DNA of 64,000 bases from Saccostrea cucullata (Eukaryota): contig NW_026919181.1 of assembly GCF_032062105.1 (NCBI RefSeq), positions 1 through 64,000 of the forward strand, read 5' to 3'. The notes beneath the pieces are model-generated. The model did no database searches. It was not told the origin of the DNA and saw only the letters and a list, made by a program, of their open reading frames with translations. This document shows positions 62,193-64,000 of the stretch, in pieces (within the stretch, counting starts at the first letter, position 1; each line of letters begins with the position of its first letter). The position numbers and the translations under genes are program-made.

Positions 62193-62393
62193 ACACGCAT
62201 CCATAAACAAGAGTTATCGTTCCGTTATCGCCCATAAAAATATTTTTAATGAAACAAATTATTAATTTAATGTTTATAAATTTCTGCATCTGAAATTTCT
62301 GTACAATTAAAAGAATTATACGTTAAGAGATAGAGATTTGTCAATTTACACCGTTTAAAGGAACTAGTATAATGTTTTAGGTAAACTTCTATA

Positions 62394-63163
62394 AACAAGA
62401 ACTGTTTGTAAAACACTTAAATGCCCCCCCCCCCCAAACTGGAATTTTTCCACGTCCAAAAGGGCACAGCTCTGATAAAAATGGTGCAATTGTACATGTA
62501 CCCAAAACAGAACTTGACCAAGATAGTCATCTGATAAATCCGTATACCAAATTTCATTTAAGAATGTGCAACCTCTGCAAAGAAAATGAAAGGAGACTGC
62601 AAATAATTGTAATTTTTTTTTCTAAGTCCAAGGGGTATAACTGCCAAAAATGGTGCAATGGTATCTAAAACAGAATTTAATCTAGACATTTATCTGATAA
62701 ATCTGTATATTAAATTTTATCTCGGTACATGCAACGATTGTAAAGAAAATGAACGGAAACTGCAAATAATAGGAATTTTTCCAAGTCCAAGGGGCATAAC
62801 TCTGTCAAAAATGGTGCGATCGTACCCAGAATAAAACTTGACCTAAAAATCCTTTTGTTAAATATGTACGCTAAATATCATTTCAGTATGTGCAACGGTT
62901 GCAAAGGAAATGAACGGAAACTGCAAATTGAAATTTTTCTAAGTTCAAGGGGCATAACTCTGTCAAAAATGGTGCGATTATTCCCAAAACAGAACTTGAC
63001 CTAGATATTTATGTGATGTATTTGTATACCAAATTTCATTTCAGTATGTATAACAGTTGCTAAGAAAATAAGCGGAAACTAAATGGACCGACAGACCGAC
63101 CGACGGACCGACAGGCAGCAGCAAAGCAATATGCCTTCGCTTCTTCGAAGGGGGGCATAATAA
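62394..63163 (+). mobile_element. Helentron-associated non-autonomous element (HINE) with ~4 internal ~160-168-bp tandem repeats
   Basis: AACAAGA head; repeats starting aatttttc..aagtccaaggggcataactctg at ~62443, 62611, 62773 and 62931; GACC/GACA microsatellite (63085-63112); terminal hairpin atgcc...ggcat. Confidence 0.85.
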
Positions 63164-64000
63164 TTAATAAATATACTAGCAATAGAAACTACATATCAAC
63201 ACCTGTAGGTTAGAACAGGCTTGATAAAGGTGACTATAAAATGGTCCTAATGAATGAAATTTGTAAACTCTTGCATGACAATTCGCTGAATTTCATGACA
63301 AAATGTCTGCAGAAAGTTATCTCTCTTATCAGAAGAGTTATCTCTCTTATCAGAGGGATATTCCACAGCAAGATTTATAGTTTAAAAAATCATAATCTCT
63401 CATTGATCTACCTTGATGATGATTATGATATGGAGTTTTATGAAGTTTATGAAGTTTTATAAAAGTTCACATTTTGACAAATTTGCTGATTCAAACTAAA
63501 ATGAATTTTGTGGGATACTAAAAAGCATTCAATCAGGGAAATCACTAATTTAAAGCAAACATTTTATTCTTAAATATTTAAACTCTCAACAGTTTAAATA
63601 TTTGAAGTTTTTTTTAAAATTTTGTATGTTAATTAAAGGATTAGAACATGTCAATAGTTTCATTGTCTCATAATAGCACATAGTATGCTATCAGATCGAG
63701 GGCTGCACCCACCTTATTTTCTATTAAGTTTATTGCTATTCATCTATGTTGAAGTTTTGATAAAGTCATGTTAGAAGGATCAAAAGTTGTACTGTATCTG
63801 TATCCATAGACCACTCATTAGCATATAAAAGAGGGGACATTTGTTTCTTTATTCTTATAATGTATAGGGCATATTAAAGATAAGAATGGGTGGGGAGGCG
63901 GTGATAATACAACGTATGTTACGAATGTTTTTGACAGCGTCTTAACAACGGTCATGAAATGGTTGGAAGGGCGATAAAAAAAAATTAACTAAAATGAGAA

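Overview
AT-rich, intron-containing animal DNA. Gene and repeat families point to a bivalve, most likely an oyster (inference). The host content is a tandem cluster of secreted fibrinogen-related (FReD/FBG) lectin-type genes on the + strand. These are an intact 5-exon PAN/apple-FBG gene (6894-10348), a coiled-coil-FBG gene whose intron-3 donor reads GA instead of GT (24984-28657), and a frameshifted FBG pseudogene (48002-49029). On the - strand, between the first two genes, is a pseudogene only partly visible in the ORF track: a PR/SET (PRDM-type) exon spliced in phase to a C-type-lectin-like terminal exon (13442-15386). The rest is mostly mobile DNA. It includes about ten Penelope-like fragments whose ORF ends right after the RT (Naiad-type) and a 2.5-kb fold-back built from them. 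A Gypsy-type solo LTR, Kolobok-, Tc1- and Helentron-type non-autonomous elements and a SINE are also present. A 59-bp satellite is split by a CMC/EnSpm-type element that itself carries an AcademH-type MITE. An RT-deleted BEL/Pao element is nested in a TIR element with a 4-bp TSD. A young, 5'-truncated L1/Tx1 LINE has an intact ORF2 and an SGNH-esterase ORF1. All calls are by eye; no database searches were run.
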